From Camelus ferus (Eukaryota): a stretch of 64,000 nt of DNA. Numbering within the stretch: position 1 is the first letter of the stretch; the number at the start of each line of letters is the position of its first letter. Of the stretch, positions 1 to 13,050 are shown piece after piece. The stretch lies in NCBI RefSeq assembly GCF_009834535.1, contig NC_045697.1, positions 94,924,001 to 94,988,000 of the forward strand. Direction: 5' to 3'. The notes below the pieces were generated by a model that had not been told where the DNA came from, searched no databases, and saw nothing but the letters and a program-made list of their open reading frames with translations. The position numbers and the translations under genes are program-made.

Positions 1-1484
1 TTTTGGGTTTACCAAGTATACTTTTCAGAATTCTAAATTATTTCCATTCTCTGTATATGATGAAACTAGTTTATCACACAGAGCCATTCTAAAGACAAAT
101 AATATAATAGACGTATTTTGTCTTAAGGCAGGATTTTCTTTCTTGATCAATAAACAATTATAAAACCTTCATCTTGTTCTTATAGAACCCATCAACAATG
201 CTGAATATTTTAGAATCAGAAGTCTTCAGGAAACCTTGCATCGTTTCTTAAGATATATTTCAGAGTATTTAGTTTGCAAAATACTCTAGGAGAAAATAAT
301 GACAGTGGTGGTAGAGGAGATATATTGTTGAATACGTTTGGGAAACTGCAAATTATATCTCTTGGTAATTTATAAAGCATATTAGTATATTAAAACCAAA
401 AATTTGTTCAGAAGAGAATGTTAAACACTTAAGAAACAGTTTAACAAAATATTTTCCAAATTAATCTGCCTTCAAAATAACCTGCAATCATGTTATCTAT
501 CCCAATTTTATTTCTTAAACAGATTTGTCCAATGTTTTACTCAGTGGGTTCCAACTTCTAAGTCAGGGCAATTGTAAGTTATGGAAATGAAAGCTGTGAA
601 TAATTTGCCTTAAAATATACACAAGTAAAGTACATTTTTGGTTTTCTCTTCAATATAACTCAGGTTTTCATTTCTGTATCATTTCATTTCTATACCTTAA
701 TCTGAAGAGAAAGGAATGACATTCTAACTTGCAATTTGTGCAGAGTCTTCCAACCATTCACTGGCATGTCTGAGAGATGGTTTTGCACCAGAGAATACTG
801 ACAGTCCTGTTTGTTATTGAGAACATCTGACTCTAATACCTAGCTTATCTGAAAATAAACTGTATTTCATATGCAAACATTTACATTCTTCTTAGAAATG
901 GGTAAGATACACAAATATTATTGCTGGCAATTATAAAAAGTGCAAGAAAACTTGACAGTTTCTGGAAAAACATACAAGGTGAAGGGAAAAGCAAAGTAAC
1001 TCCTTTGTTTGAGAAAATCTTAACCAGAATGAGCTGACTGTACTTAAGAGAATACTAATGAAATTTTAAGTGGTGTTTACAATTAATTTGAGGTGTTGCT
1101 GAACTTTGAATCTTTCCCTTAGTATTTCCTGAAGTTTCCTGGTAGTCAATACTGAATTCACAAGACATTCCTCTTAAGAGTTGTTCTTCAGAATTATTTC
1201 TCAAAATACTGTTCTTATTATATGTCCAATATTCTTTTGGTCAACAACATTTACACTTCCAGAATATAAGCAGGTATGTCTTGCCTAATATCAGCGTTTT
1301 ATTTGCTTTAACCACAAAATGGAATGTTCTACTGATTGAAATTTAATTTTTTTTTTTTTTTGGTAAAGTGAAAACTGGACTTCCTGGGCTCTTATTAAAC
1401 ATACATGTGTGTACATATACACTAATCTATATACATGTTTTAGCTTGTTTTATACATGTGTATGTATGTGAGATATATATATAA

Positions 1485-1508
<24 letters not shown>
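1485..1508. repeat. (GT)12 microsatellite
   Basis: Direct reading. Confidence 0.95.
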
Positions 1509-1515
<7 letters not shown>

Positions 1516-1529
1516 GTTTGCATTCTGTG

Positions 1530-3800
1530 TATAGATGTAGTTTCTTTTCCTGGCTCTTTCTGTCTTTCCTTCAAGTTATGTGTAATAATGGTTTGTTCTT
1601 TTATAATGTTGAATAGTATTCCATCATATGAATGTATCACAATTTGCATATCTATTCACCTGCTGTGGAATATTTGAGTTGTATCCTCAATTTACTATGA
1701 ACATTCTTCTGCAAGGATTTTTGTGGACATAAATTTTTATTTCTTTTGGAAAAATACCTAGCCATGGGATTTCTGAGACATGTGTTTTCCAAAATGGAAT
1801 CTGTTTTCCAAAGTAGTTGTACCATTTTACAAAACCAAGAGACCTGTATTACTCTAGTTGTCCCACATACTTGGCAACTCTTGATATGGTCAGCCTGTAT
1901 AATTTTAGGCATTGTATTGAGCTTATAGTGGTAATCTACGGTGACTAAAGATGCTAATCATCTCTTCATTTGTTAATTGATTATTTTATGTCTTGTTTTG
2001 TGATGTGTCTGTTCAAATAGATTTTCTATTTTCTTAATTGGGTCATTTCTTTACAAATTCTGAATATTAGTCCTTTATGAAATATATATTGCTAATATTT
2101 TCTTCCATTTTGTGTGTATGTGTGTGCGTGTGTGTTTTAAGTACTTACTGGTGAGTACTGTCTTTGAGAAACTAGAAGATCTGAAATTTGATGAAGTTCA
2201 ATTTATGAATTTTTTTCCTGTTATGTGCTTTATGTATCCTAAGAAATCTCTGAACTCAGATATTGCTCTAAAGTATCAAACACTGTCTTCTATATTTTCT
2301 TCTAAATATGTTATATTTTAAACTTATATATTCAGACCTATGATCCGTTTTAATTTCTGTCTTTGGTGTGAGGTAAGGGTTTAGATGTCCAGTTGTATTA
2401 CAACCTTGCTATTATTCTACAGGTTACTGATGCTTTGCCCATTTTTTTTTCTTTTTCTTTTTTTAATTTATCTTTGTGTATCAGTTTAAGTATTGCTTTA
2501 GACTCAGTTGTGTTTCCTGAAAACTCATCTGTTGAAGCTGTAACCTCCAATGTGATTCTATGTTGAGATAGGGCCTATAAGGAAATAATTAAGGGTAAAT
2601 GAGGTCATAAGGGTGGGGCCCTGATAAGATAGTATTAGTGTCCTTTTAAGAAGAGAAACCAGAGTTCCTTCACTCTCTGTGTGAGCACAGAGGAAAGGCC
2701 CCTTGTGGACATAGTGAGAAAGGGCACAGCAGGAAGAGAGCTCTCACCAGAACCTGACCATGCTGATCTCCAACTTCTGGACTCTGTAACTGTAGGAAAA
2801 TAAATATCTGTTGTTCGAGACACCCAGTCTATAGTATATTGTTATGGTAGCCCAAACTAACACAGATATTCTCAATTTTTATTTCTTTGCATTTATTGCT
2901 AATTTGAACTTTAGTGCCTAATTGGCTACTTAACCACACCCAGTGAATATTTAAATTTAGATACTGTATTTTTTATCCCTAGAAGTTCCATCTGGTATTT
3001 CTCTGTTGTATTATGCTTTTCTATAAAATCTTGAATATTCAATGCTTTTCTTACATGGCTCACAATTCTATTTCTTTGTATGGTTAGTGATTGTTTTATT
3101 AGATCTGAGATACCGAATACGCCATGTTTTTTGAGTGTTTATATTTTGTTGATTTCCTTTAAAGAGTACTGAAGTTTGCTCTAGGAGGAATTTTAAGTCA
3201 TACTCCGAAGTTTTTTAAAAATTTTCGTTAGGGTGGAGTAGGCTTTAGTCAAGGGTTAATACAGACTTGCTACCCAGTTGTGACCCTTTAAATGTTTCTG
3301 TTGATTGTCCAAGTGTTCAACAAGGTTTCTTTACTCTCTGGACAAAATCTGAATGTCTTCCATCCCCATATGTTGCCTGGGAATTAGTAGTCTTGTATAT
3401 TGTTTGCAGTTGGTTTTGCTTGGCTTTGCGGAGGTTCACTGTATGCATATGCAGATTAATATACAGCAAAGAAAAAAAAGGACCAATATGTGTATTTATT
3501 TTCCAAGATCCTTTCTTTCTGATAATCTACCTGGAAAATTTCATAAGCCTTAGTCTCCCAAAACTCCAATCTGTGTCTCTCAATTCATCAAAACTCGCAG
3601 GCTCTGCTTTCTTTTTTCTTGCACTGTAATCCAGAACTTGCCTCCCTTCAGATGAAAAGATAGAGAAATTGTAGGGCTCACCTCATTCTCTATGAACCAT
3701 AATCCTGTAATTCTTATCATTCCAATGAGAAAAAACATTGTTTCGTACATTTGTTCAGGTTTCTAATTGTTTGCAAGGCAAGGCAAGCTGCATACAGGTT
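1530..3800 (-). mobile_element. Old L1M LINE fragments
   Basis: Antisense L1 3'-end phrases (tagtattccatcatatgaatgtatcacaattt, gttgtaccattttac) and T-rich texture. Confidence 0.7.
2505..2864 (+). mobile_element. MLT1A-like MaLR LTR nested in L1
   Basis: gtaacctccaatgtga...ggtaaatgaggtcataagggtggggccct...aataaatatctgttg...tgttatggtagcccaaactaa. Confidence 0.85.
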
Positions 3801-6631
3801 ACTGCTTTATAGGATTTACAATAAGCACTGATTTGGAAAATATATAAAGTAAAGAGTATTTCTAGATATTTTTGCTCTGTTTCTGAAATAGGATTAATGT
3901 GGGATGGAATTGAGACAATAAGCATGAGCATGAGAGAAAGGATTTCTGAAAGTTGAGGGAGTAATGCAGTTTATACATATGTAAGAGGTGGACAGTTAAA
4001 CATTTTAAAATAACAAGATAGGGATTAAGAAACAGGTGGCTTTGCTTGTAATGCACAGGCATTAACCACTTTTCCCCCCAACATCCCACTAATAATATGG
4101 TACAATATAATAAAAAGTACAAGAGTTTATAGGAAAGAAGGTAAAAGCAAAGATTTCAAAAATTTTTTGAATTCTACAAAGCAGTAGAATCATTAATTTA
4201 ATAAGTAAAGAAGTGTTTAGCATAAATACATTTTGAGAAAAATATCGCTGAACAACCAAGTTCATTTACCCTGTTGAATCTCTGGGAAGCTTAGTTCTTG
4301 GAGTGACCATTTCAAAGGTGACAAAATCATTGAGGTGAATTTTATGTTAATTTGTCATTTTTTGCTATAGAAAATATATTCAAATAGATTTGGGAAATCT
4401 CTTTTAAAATTAATATTTTGCTCCTAAAAGTTATATGCAAAATTTTCATTTGTATGAAGAACTTGATTTTATATATTGCTAAAACTGTTCACATATTTTC
4501 ATTTTCCTTCAACCTGATAGTACATATACAAACTAAGAGATAACTTATGTAATTATTTGTTTTGAAAGATGTGTGAATGAGTACTAAACTGTTTTCTTGT
4601 TATTTTCTCTAGTATTGCCAAGTTAATATTTACTTATTTTCTTTTTATACCATGTACAATTTCATTTCTTAGAGGAAGACAAGTAATTGCAACATTTGAA
4701 TAATGGAATTATATTTATAATCAACTAGAAATAAGAATCACTTTACGATTGTTTTAAATTCATCTTAATAGATGGTCTGGTTACCCCTAGGTAAACGATT
4801 TATTTTTGACTGAACTACTACCAGATGATATAGAACTGTATAGGATTGTAAACTTGGAAAAGAAGCAGTTGAATATAGTGAAACGTGAATATCATGGTTT
4901 CCTCAGAAGCGTAGCAATATAAGATAACCACAAGCATAAACTTTAGGGTTTCTTTTGTTAGTAAATTAAAAGTAACTCTTGAGTATTATAAAATATATCT
5001 TGTAATCTGGAGGAGAATTAATATCTCTTATAAAATATTTAATAATTATAATTGTATTCCTAAACAAAGACATCTAATTGTTGCTATTCAGTCCATCACA
5101 CAAGCAATAACAAGATTTCATGAATTAATCACTTCAGGCTGATTAAAGAGCACTGTAAAAAGCCCACCTTTAGGCTTTTAAAAAAAATATTTGACTTCCA
5201 GCTCATCATATAAAGGAATATGAAAGCAAACAGTTGTTAACTTTAAAACCTAGGTCTCATACTCTCTTTTGAGATGTAGTCAACAACATTGGTCAGAGGA
5301 AATGTACCATAGTTTGAGACAATTTGTTCCTACTGATAGGTGTTCCTAGCTATAACCAGCATAGTCAACTCCCTTCCTCTTCTGCCCTTATTATAAAGAA
5401 ACTAAAAAAATTTCTGTAGCTGCTATAAAATTATTCACTTATAGGAACAAGAAAGTTCTAATACAATTCTGTTCTCAGAGTCCTGATGGGTGAAACGATG
5501 CAATGAATGGAACTTCTGGTGTTTATAGTAATAAAATCCCTTGGAGAGGGTCCAAAATCCATTTGCCTAATACTGAATTGTGTGTTCCTAATGCTGCTAT
5601 AGTGGCATTTCAGTCTATTCCGGAAGAACAGATGCCCACGGTTTTGGTTTTGCAGATTTTCACAGGAGATTGGCTTGTCTGCTCACTAAATGGCAGAACA
5701 ATTTAGAAAATATCTCTGGTCATAACTTCTTCATTTAAATTGATTAAGAGTGCAACCTACGTAGTAACACAGAACTATGTATAATCCAGTCTTTCCAAAT
5801 TGTATTGCCAGCTGATGAAGACTTGGAATTAATTTGACTAAAAGCCAAAACCAGAATTATTTTTAAAGTATTTTATGCAACCACGCATGCCAACAAAATT
5901 TAATTTTCATTAATTTTAATACATATTGAGAAATAGATGTTAAAACTTGAGGCATTTAAAGTGCCTCACATCTTTTTAAATCTGTCATAATTTTTTTCAA
6001 CATGTCAGTGTTCAAAACGTTTTCATAAATTATAATAGTAATATTTTCTGATTTAAATACTGAAAGACCATATAGAGTTAATTTTTATGTACTCATAGTG
6101 ATAGATACAGAAGACAGATACAAAAGTTCTGCTAGTAATTTGAGATTACTCTGATTGTAATCCAAAAGAGCAGAGATCTACTGAAATTAGGAGCAGCCCA
6201 TGGCAACGTTTCATTTATTGCTCAAAGAAGTTGAAAAACAGTGCAAAACTGATCATTACAAATTCAGTTCTGTTCAATTTCAATTGTGTTCTTGATGCTG
6301 TTTATCAAACCTATAATTAGTTTTTGATTCCCTAGCTAATTCACTACATAGGATTTTCTCTCCTCCCTCTTCGGTGCCCTAAGCTGATAATCACACCTCC
6401 TTCTATGCAATTTAAAATAGTGGAAGGACTGTATAATTTGGTTTTGGAAAATTAGGGTTTTAATTAAGATTTTTCATTTTTATCTGTGTTAAGTCATATC
6501 ACTGTGTTTCTCTGTTCTCAGTTATAAATAAAAAAATAGTACCTAACTCACAGCAATAATGTGAAAAGAAAATGTGAGCATGTATGTTGAATTTTTTGTG
6601 TAGCCTGCTGTGAATAAATCATTGTGTGTGA

Positions 6632-6822
6632 CAATGGTTCTTAAAGTTTGGTCCTGCAAAAAAAAAAGCAGCATCAAGAAAATGGAGAATTTGTTTGAAA
6701 TGCAAAGCAGTTAAACCCCATTCCAGATCTCCTGAATCAGAAACTCTAGGGGTAGAGCTAGTAATCTGTTTCAACAAGCCCTTCAGGTGATTTTGGTGCT
6801 TAGTAAAGTTTGAGAACCATCA
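6632..6822 (+). mobile_element. MER5A-like hAT MITE
   Basis: caatggttcttaaagtttggtcc...cctgaatcagaaactctagggg...aagtttgagaacca. Confidence 0.85.
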
Positions 6823-7939
6823 GCATAAAGAATTCTACTTGTCTTTCAACTTGGCATCAGTCTTGCCTGCTATACTTCTCTGACAACCACTTGTAATTTT
6901 TATTTAACGATTTTTCAAATGGTCATTGATAATGACATCAATCTTTCACACACGGCTTTATAACATGAATTATTAAATATTTAAAATGTAATGAAAATCT
7001 CCAGATACGATTTTAAACACAATTATATAAAACATAATTTAACTCATGTAGATATCTATTTTGATATTAGTTTCAAATTTCACCTCCATATGGAATTGGT
7101 TAAGACATCACACATCACATTGTGTTAGAATCTAGGAAATACTATTGTTTTACTCCAATTTGGATTTCTTTTCCTTCATTGCTCAAATTCTGGTGACTTC
7201 CTTCCTCCCTTGCTCTCTCTCTTCTCCCTCCCTTTTTTTTTTTTCTTTCTTTCCTTTCTTTTTTTCTTTCATAAAGGTCATATCATCCTCTGCCATGTTT
7301 ACTTTCTTTAAATAGTGCTGTTGGTATGCAACTTCACAGAATGTCTTCATGCATTTGTTTTTAATTCAGCTTAGATAAACAATTTCTGTAAGAATATTAT
7401 AGAAGATGAAGAGAAGTAAAGACAAGAGCAGAGGAAACAAGCAATAAAGGTGTTATTTAATGAAACTTTTGTTGATTTGTTTGTGTCTGTATGTTTAGTT
7501 GCAATGTAGAATATTTTCTTACTCTGGTTTGAAGGAAAAAGAAAAAAAAAACTCTCACGTATAATGTCTGCCTTCAATACATTTTTTTCCTCTTTTTCTC
7601 TCTCAAGTCTAATACTTCTGTGTTGCCTTCCGCCAACACTGCTTTAATGGTTTTGTGTTTTATGCTTCATTCCTTTGGGCAAAAAGAGTAAATCCAAATT
7701 GTTTACAAGCTAAAAAACAGACTCCCTATCAGAAAGAAATATATCTTTATTAAACATCTCTGGCTGCAGTTGTTTGAGGTTTTACTACCTAACGATTCCT
7801 AGCCCACTGCTTGGTGATTTGCAAAAACATTCTCATACCAAAAAACAGTATATATTGTCTTGAAATTATGATTATTTTATTTCCTATTTTAACAGTCTTA
7901 CTGATAATAACATAATGATTGATTGTAAATCTAATGTGA

Positions 7940-8155
7940 TTTATAAAATTATTTATGTGCCAGGCAAAAGCTCTATATGATTTAACTCATTTAATATTAA
8001 TTGTAACTTTATATAAGAAATATTATTATCCCCATTTTACAGATGACTAAGCTGAAAAAAAGAGTATTTAAGTAATCTATTCAAGGTCACATAATAGAAA
8101 TGGTAAGCAGATGTTTAAACAATAGTGATCTTGCTACAGAATGCTTGGTCTTAGC
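7940..8155 (-). mobile_element. MIR SINE
   Basis: core attatccccattttacagatga...aaggtcaca. Confidence 0.8.
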
Positions 8156-8980
8156 TGTTTCAAGACGAGACCTAAGAGTAAAGTCTTAAACAATCCACTT
8201 CAATCATCTCAACCTGTTTTTATTTTCTTTTCAGAAGGGCTAGGGGAAAGGGTCAGCATTAGCCTCTAGGGTTTTACATAATTTTCAATCTTTGAAAATT
8301 TGATAGAGGTGGGAGTGGGAGACTCATCTTCTCAATAGTCAAGCCACTGTCTCTGAAGAAGAAATATCCACTTTGTATGAGGAACCTCAAGCAAAGATGA
8401 AGAAGGAGGTGACTTCCTTCTCTCCTACCCTCCCACCATTCTCCTCAGCACAGCTGATACTGAGGACTCCATGCTGGAGAAGCCTCTGAGCTCAGAGGTG
8501 CCTGCTGAGGACACAGATGCAGAGAGAACGCCTGATTATATTCATTTTGACTGAGGATACAATTGAGCCACTTTTTCCCTTTAAAATATTCACAGCCTTG
8601 GGAAATTTTATTTTGTATGCTTTTCACGGTTTTTTTTTTTTTCTTTTCAATTAGTTTGCCTTTGAATTTGTACACATTTTATCTTCTCTTTTTTTTTCAT
8701 TCTTCTATTTTATGATTTTACATCTTGGACTTCTTTGGCTCGCTTTTGTTTCATGTTTCTTTAGTTATTCTTATTTATTTTAAAAATCTGACGTTTTCTA
8801 AGGAGAAATGAAGTTATATTCAATGAGACATTTGCCTTGGGACAGAATATTTAAGAGGACATGAAAACTCAGTAATCAAAATATATAATATTTTCATGCA
8901 ATATTTTTAAAAAATCACCAGCAAACTATGGCTCATGGGCTGGGCATCTCTTTTTGTAAATAAAGTTTTATTGGAACAAG

Positions 8981-9202
8981 CACCGGATTTAGATGAGGCG
9001 AGTGAGGCACAGTTATGCAAGTGCAGGGTCAAATTCTGTCTTGATTTAAATTTTTGCTGTTTTTTATCATAGGTTTTGCATTACTTTTATTTTTTAAAAC
9101 CCTGCATTAAAATACCATGTACATTGATTATGTACCTACTTTGTATCCCTTTGAATTTTCTATCCTGAGACCACTGTCTCATATCACCCTAGTCCCAGCC
9201 TG
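8981..9202 (+). mobile_element. MER96-like hAT element
   Basis: gatgaggcgagtgaggcac 5' end and caccctagtcccagcctg 3' end. Confidence 0.6.
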
Positions 9203-12200
9203 AGAATATGAGTATTTTTTTGTTGTTATTGTTGCTATTTTAAGTAACCCTGAAGTTCACTCTCATACTTTAATTATTGTTTCCTCCCTGAGGTCCACAA
9301 CTAAAAATATTCCCTCCCAAATTGATTCTTTTTATAGATAGCACATATAAATGGGTAGATTTTATTGAGTACTTAATATATGTCAGGCTATGTAAGGGAT
9401 GGCCTACTACACAAATTCAGAGCACAAGTTTCAAGTATCCCTTTTATTTTTCAAATAAAACATAATAAAATTTTCACATATCAAATTGGGATGAATCAAA
9501 GTATTTAATTCTTGGACTGCTTTTCAAATTTTCCAAAACTATGGAAGGGTATGAAATCCATAATGGCTATCTGAGTGACTTCCACACTTAAACTAGAAAT
9601 ATTTTGCCTAAAGAATAAGAATCACCGAAATTTCCTCTCTTGCCTTTGCTTCCTGGTGCCACATGGTGCCCCTGTTGAACTCTAGTCCCCCAAAGAACAC
9701 CCACTGCTGGTCCATTTTGTAATAACATCCTTCTGATCCGGGACCTAGCACAGACTACCATAATCCTACATAGCAAAATGATCTTAACTCTTTGTAGGTC
9801 AAGCACAGTTAAGTTTATTTTTGCTGGCCTCCATTGTCTGTTTATTTACCTATTCTGTCTTTCTTCTTAGAACTCAAGCTATGAGCTAGATCTTCTGGCA
9901 TCAGCCTCATGCAAGGAAGATGGTAGCTACCCTCTAAAGAAACTATGCTTCTTGTCTTGAGATAGTTAAAGCAGCTTAGACTCCCAATGCCTTCAGGTAA
10001 ATTGGCATTAGCATTCTTGTTGCATTTTTATACTCTGAGCCAATCTGCCCACCAATACGTGTCTCCTAACTTTGATTCCCAGTGATCTGCTGGAGAATAC
10101 TGTGTTTCCCTCCAGGAAGCTACTTAGATTTTTATGTATATTGGAACCCCTTCCTCTCCTATAATTTATTTTCTATTCTAGCCGTGTCAAGTGGTATGGA
10201 ACCACAAAGGAACAGAAATTCTAGGGTAGCAGTTTTTAACAAAGATTTACAGAACCAAGAAGACAGATTTCTCCAAAAGGAATGGATGAATGGGTGAATG
10301 AATTAACAAAATTGTTCCCTGTAATTGAGGAATACTTATTTTTTTCTTCTGTTTATCTACCTCAAATCATAAAGAAAGGAACCCCCTATATCTGTCCTCT
10401 TTAGGACATTCTGTTTCTTGAGGTAGGAAGAACATCTCAGTTAAGACAGGACCTGGAATTGAGCCATATTTTCTGGAAGATGTCAGTCACAGTGTAAAAG
10501 TCTCTGCTTCTACTTGCTTTGATCTCCTGCTGTTTTGCTCTTTCCTCCACACAGACACAGTTGGCTCCCATTACTGGCTTTATCTGTTTTATTAGTCTTT
10601 AAGTACTTGACATCTCCAGCTTTCTCTACCCTTCCACCCCCTGCTAATCTCTCTCTGCCCAGACTGTAAAGGACCCTTAGTTCAGCATCCACTGTTAGAT
10701 CTGTAGACCACTGGCAGAGATCAAAGCCATTTTGGGGAGAGAATCAGAATTTCCTGGGGGCTTCAAATCTAAGGCACAGTTGCATTTATAATTTCATGAT
10801 ATATATATACTTGGTCATTAATACAGTTAATATTTTGAATGCCATTTATTTAATTTTCTATTTCTAAATTGTCTCTATTTGCTAATAACTAAATTGTCCT
10901 CTATTGCTCCAAGGAGCAAGAGGAGAGTATTATTGTCTTAGAACTTTCAAAATGCTATTATATATGATCACATATGTAATCCTTATAAAAATTCTATGGA
11001 TTAGGTGATCATTTGTTTCCTAGGTGAGTAATTAGAAGCTTAGAGATCTCAAATAACATTTATAAAATTGCATGGATTGGTAGAGATAGGATTTGAATCT
11101 AGGTTTCTTGCAGCCACGTGCCTGCCTGTTAGTAACCATGGAGGAACATAGCAGCCTTTCAGAAGTTCCTGTAAGGTCCTCTGACACTTCAGCATCACTT
11201 CATCATTCCATTACTCCATATAGCTTTCACTCCTGAAACAGGCTCTTAAGTTTAGTCAAATAAAAAGTGGGTGAGAATTTTAGGATTGAGAACTAAGGAT
11301 AGTTCCCTTTAACTCTTATGTTGTCTCTCAAGAATCAGAAAATCAGGGTCTGTGTTTCAAGAATCACTGTATACAATTATACTAAAATCTTCCACGTGCT
11401 ATAAGAAAGTGGGTAATTTTCTAAAACACTTCATTTATGAATGGTGTGAAAATATACCAGTGGTACTAAATACAAAGAACAAAAACATGGGATACACAAA
11501 AGAAATCAGGGAAAAATCACCTTTAAGTTAAAGTCCTTTAAGCAATTATTTTGCCCGAACTTTCTTTAAATATTTTGTATGTCAAATTTCCATGCTGGGT
11601 AGAAGCAGCCAACAAAAATACTCACATGTCAGAAACTTATGCCTGCGTTCCCTTACAATAGCTGCCAAACTCAGGATAGTTCCCTGAGGAATAATTAAAA
11701 ATGGCACATTGTCTAGTACAATCAAGGTGATGTTTAGCCAGTGAGTGGAGCAAACTACAGGTGGTAACATTGTGTGACTGTATTTCTAACATTACTATAT
11801 ACTGTCACAAAATTGATTTGATTTTCTATCACAGGCATGAGAACATAGAATTGGTCTAAACGAAAAAAGAACGCAAAGGAAAGGGTGAAATTAGAACTCT
11901 TTATGGTCACTGTCCTACTTTGTAGATTATATCAATACTGTTTCAATGCAGAATAAAGGATATCACCTCTAGTGTGCGTTTTTCTTTTTAACTCCCTACA
12001 AACATAAGGAAAAAAATGGCAACAACTATAAAATCACCTCAAAAAAGTGACAACAGAAAGTGATTAATTTGTAAATACCTTCTCAAGCTTTTCCTTCTTA
12101 ATAAATTGAACATGTCATGGTAAGTAAGCCACTGGTACAAAATATTACCATGTGTCTCACAGCCCAACCACTAATTAGTACTGAATTTTGTCTTTGAATT

Positions 12201-12739
12201 TGAAAAATTACATTGCTCCCTTTTTCTTCATTTCTGAAAACAATTTGCTAACCACTTTCATCATAACATTTGTTTTCCTTTCCATGAATCTTACACAAAC
12301 AGTGGTTTGTGTTTGTTTCTCAAAGTCTACAAATATTTTGGTCCTGTTGCATTTTGGCATATATTATTAACAGTATTTCAGTATATAATGATGTGTGGCT
12401 GCAACTGACACAGTTATCATCAAACTAAGCCAAATAGATTGTTCACGGAGAGGTAATAAAAATGTTTCACTTAGTTTTTCCTTGTCATTCTGAAAATAGT
12501 GTTGGTCCTCAAGAGAATTACCGGCTTGTTTTGTAATTTTAGTGAAGAATACAATTTTTGCAACTACTTTTTAGTCTTTATCTGCTATCTGGGCAATGAT
12601 AATATAATTTAATAAATATATATCTCAGATATGAATATTTTATGATAAATATTTTTAAAGTCAATTAATTCAAAATTTTCTAAACAGGCAGAGAACTTTG
12701 TCTTTTAAAACCTGGGGTTTAATCCCAACTAATCATGTA

Positions 12740-13050
12740 ATGTTTATGGCATGGACTAAAGCCAGCCTGCCACCTGTTTCCTATGGTCAAAGAGCTAAAA
12801 ATGTTTTTTGTACTGTAAAGTGGTTGCAGAAAACTCAAAAGAATCACATTGAGTGTCATGTTAAAATTAGATAAAGTTCATATTAGTGTCCATTCATAAA
12901 ACTGATTATTAAACACTGGTTTACATAAAGTCTTTCACTGTGTTTGTGCTACAACAACATGGCTGAGTAGCTGAAATAGAGATCTTATGACCAGCAAAGC
13001 CTAAAATATTATCTGGCCCTTTACAGAAAAAAACTTTGTGGATCCCTGCT
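12740..13050 (+). mobile_element. MER58-like hAT-Charlie element
   Basis: gcaaagcctaaaatattatctggcccttta cagaaaaaaactttgtggatccctg 3' end. Confidence 0.8.

Larger units (their letters stand above)
1..8410 (+). pseudogene. Decayed FSIP2-like gene, segment A (end of giant exon plus 3' exons; extends past left edge)
   Basis: Ordered motifs vs recalled human FSIP2 C-terminal region: ~190-235 IN-MLNILESEVFRKP (INSLLKEFSDAQIKVFRP); 954-989 DSFWKNIQGEGK (DSIWKNINSNGE); 1188-1211 SELFLKIL (SALFSKIF); 4762-4850 ILIDG...DDIELYRIV (LIIDG...ELDVNRIV); 5538-5555 PLERVQ (PLEKLK); ~5664-5697 RRLACL-LNGR (RRTSLDKTGR); acceptor AG 6097-6098 then IQKSRDLLKLGAAH (VQSKNDLIVRLVAH); acceptor AG 8233-8234 then FSIFENLIEV (FITIFERSKDV). 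Many stops and frameshifts. Confidence 0.65.
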
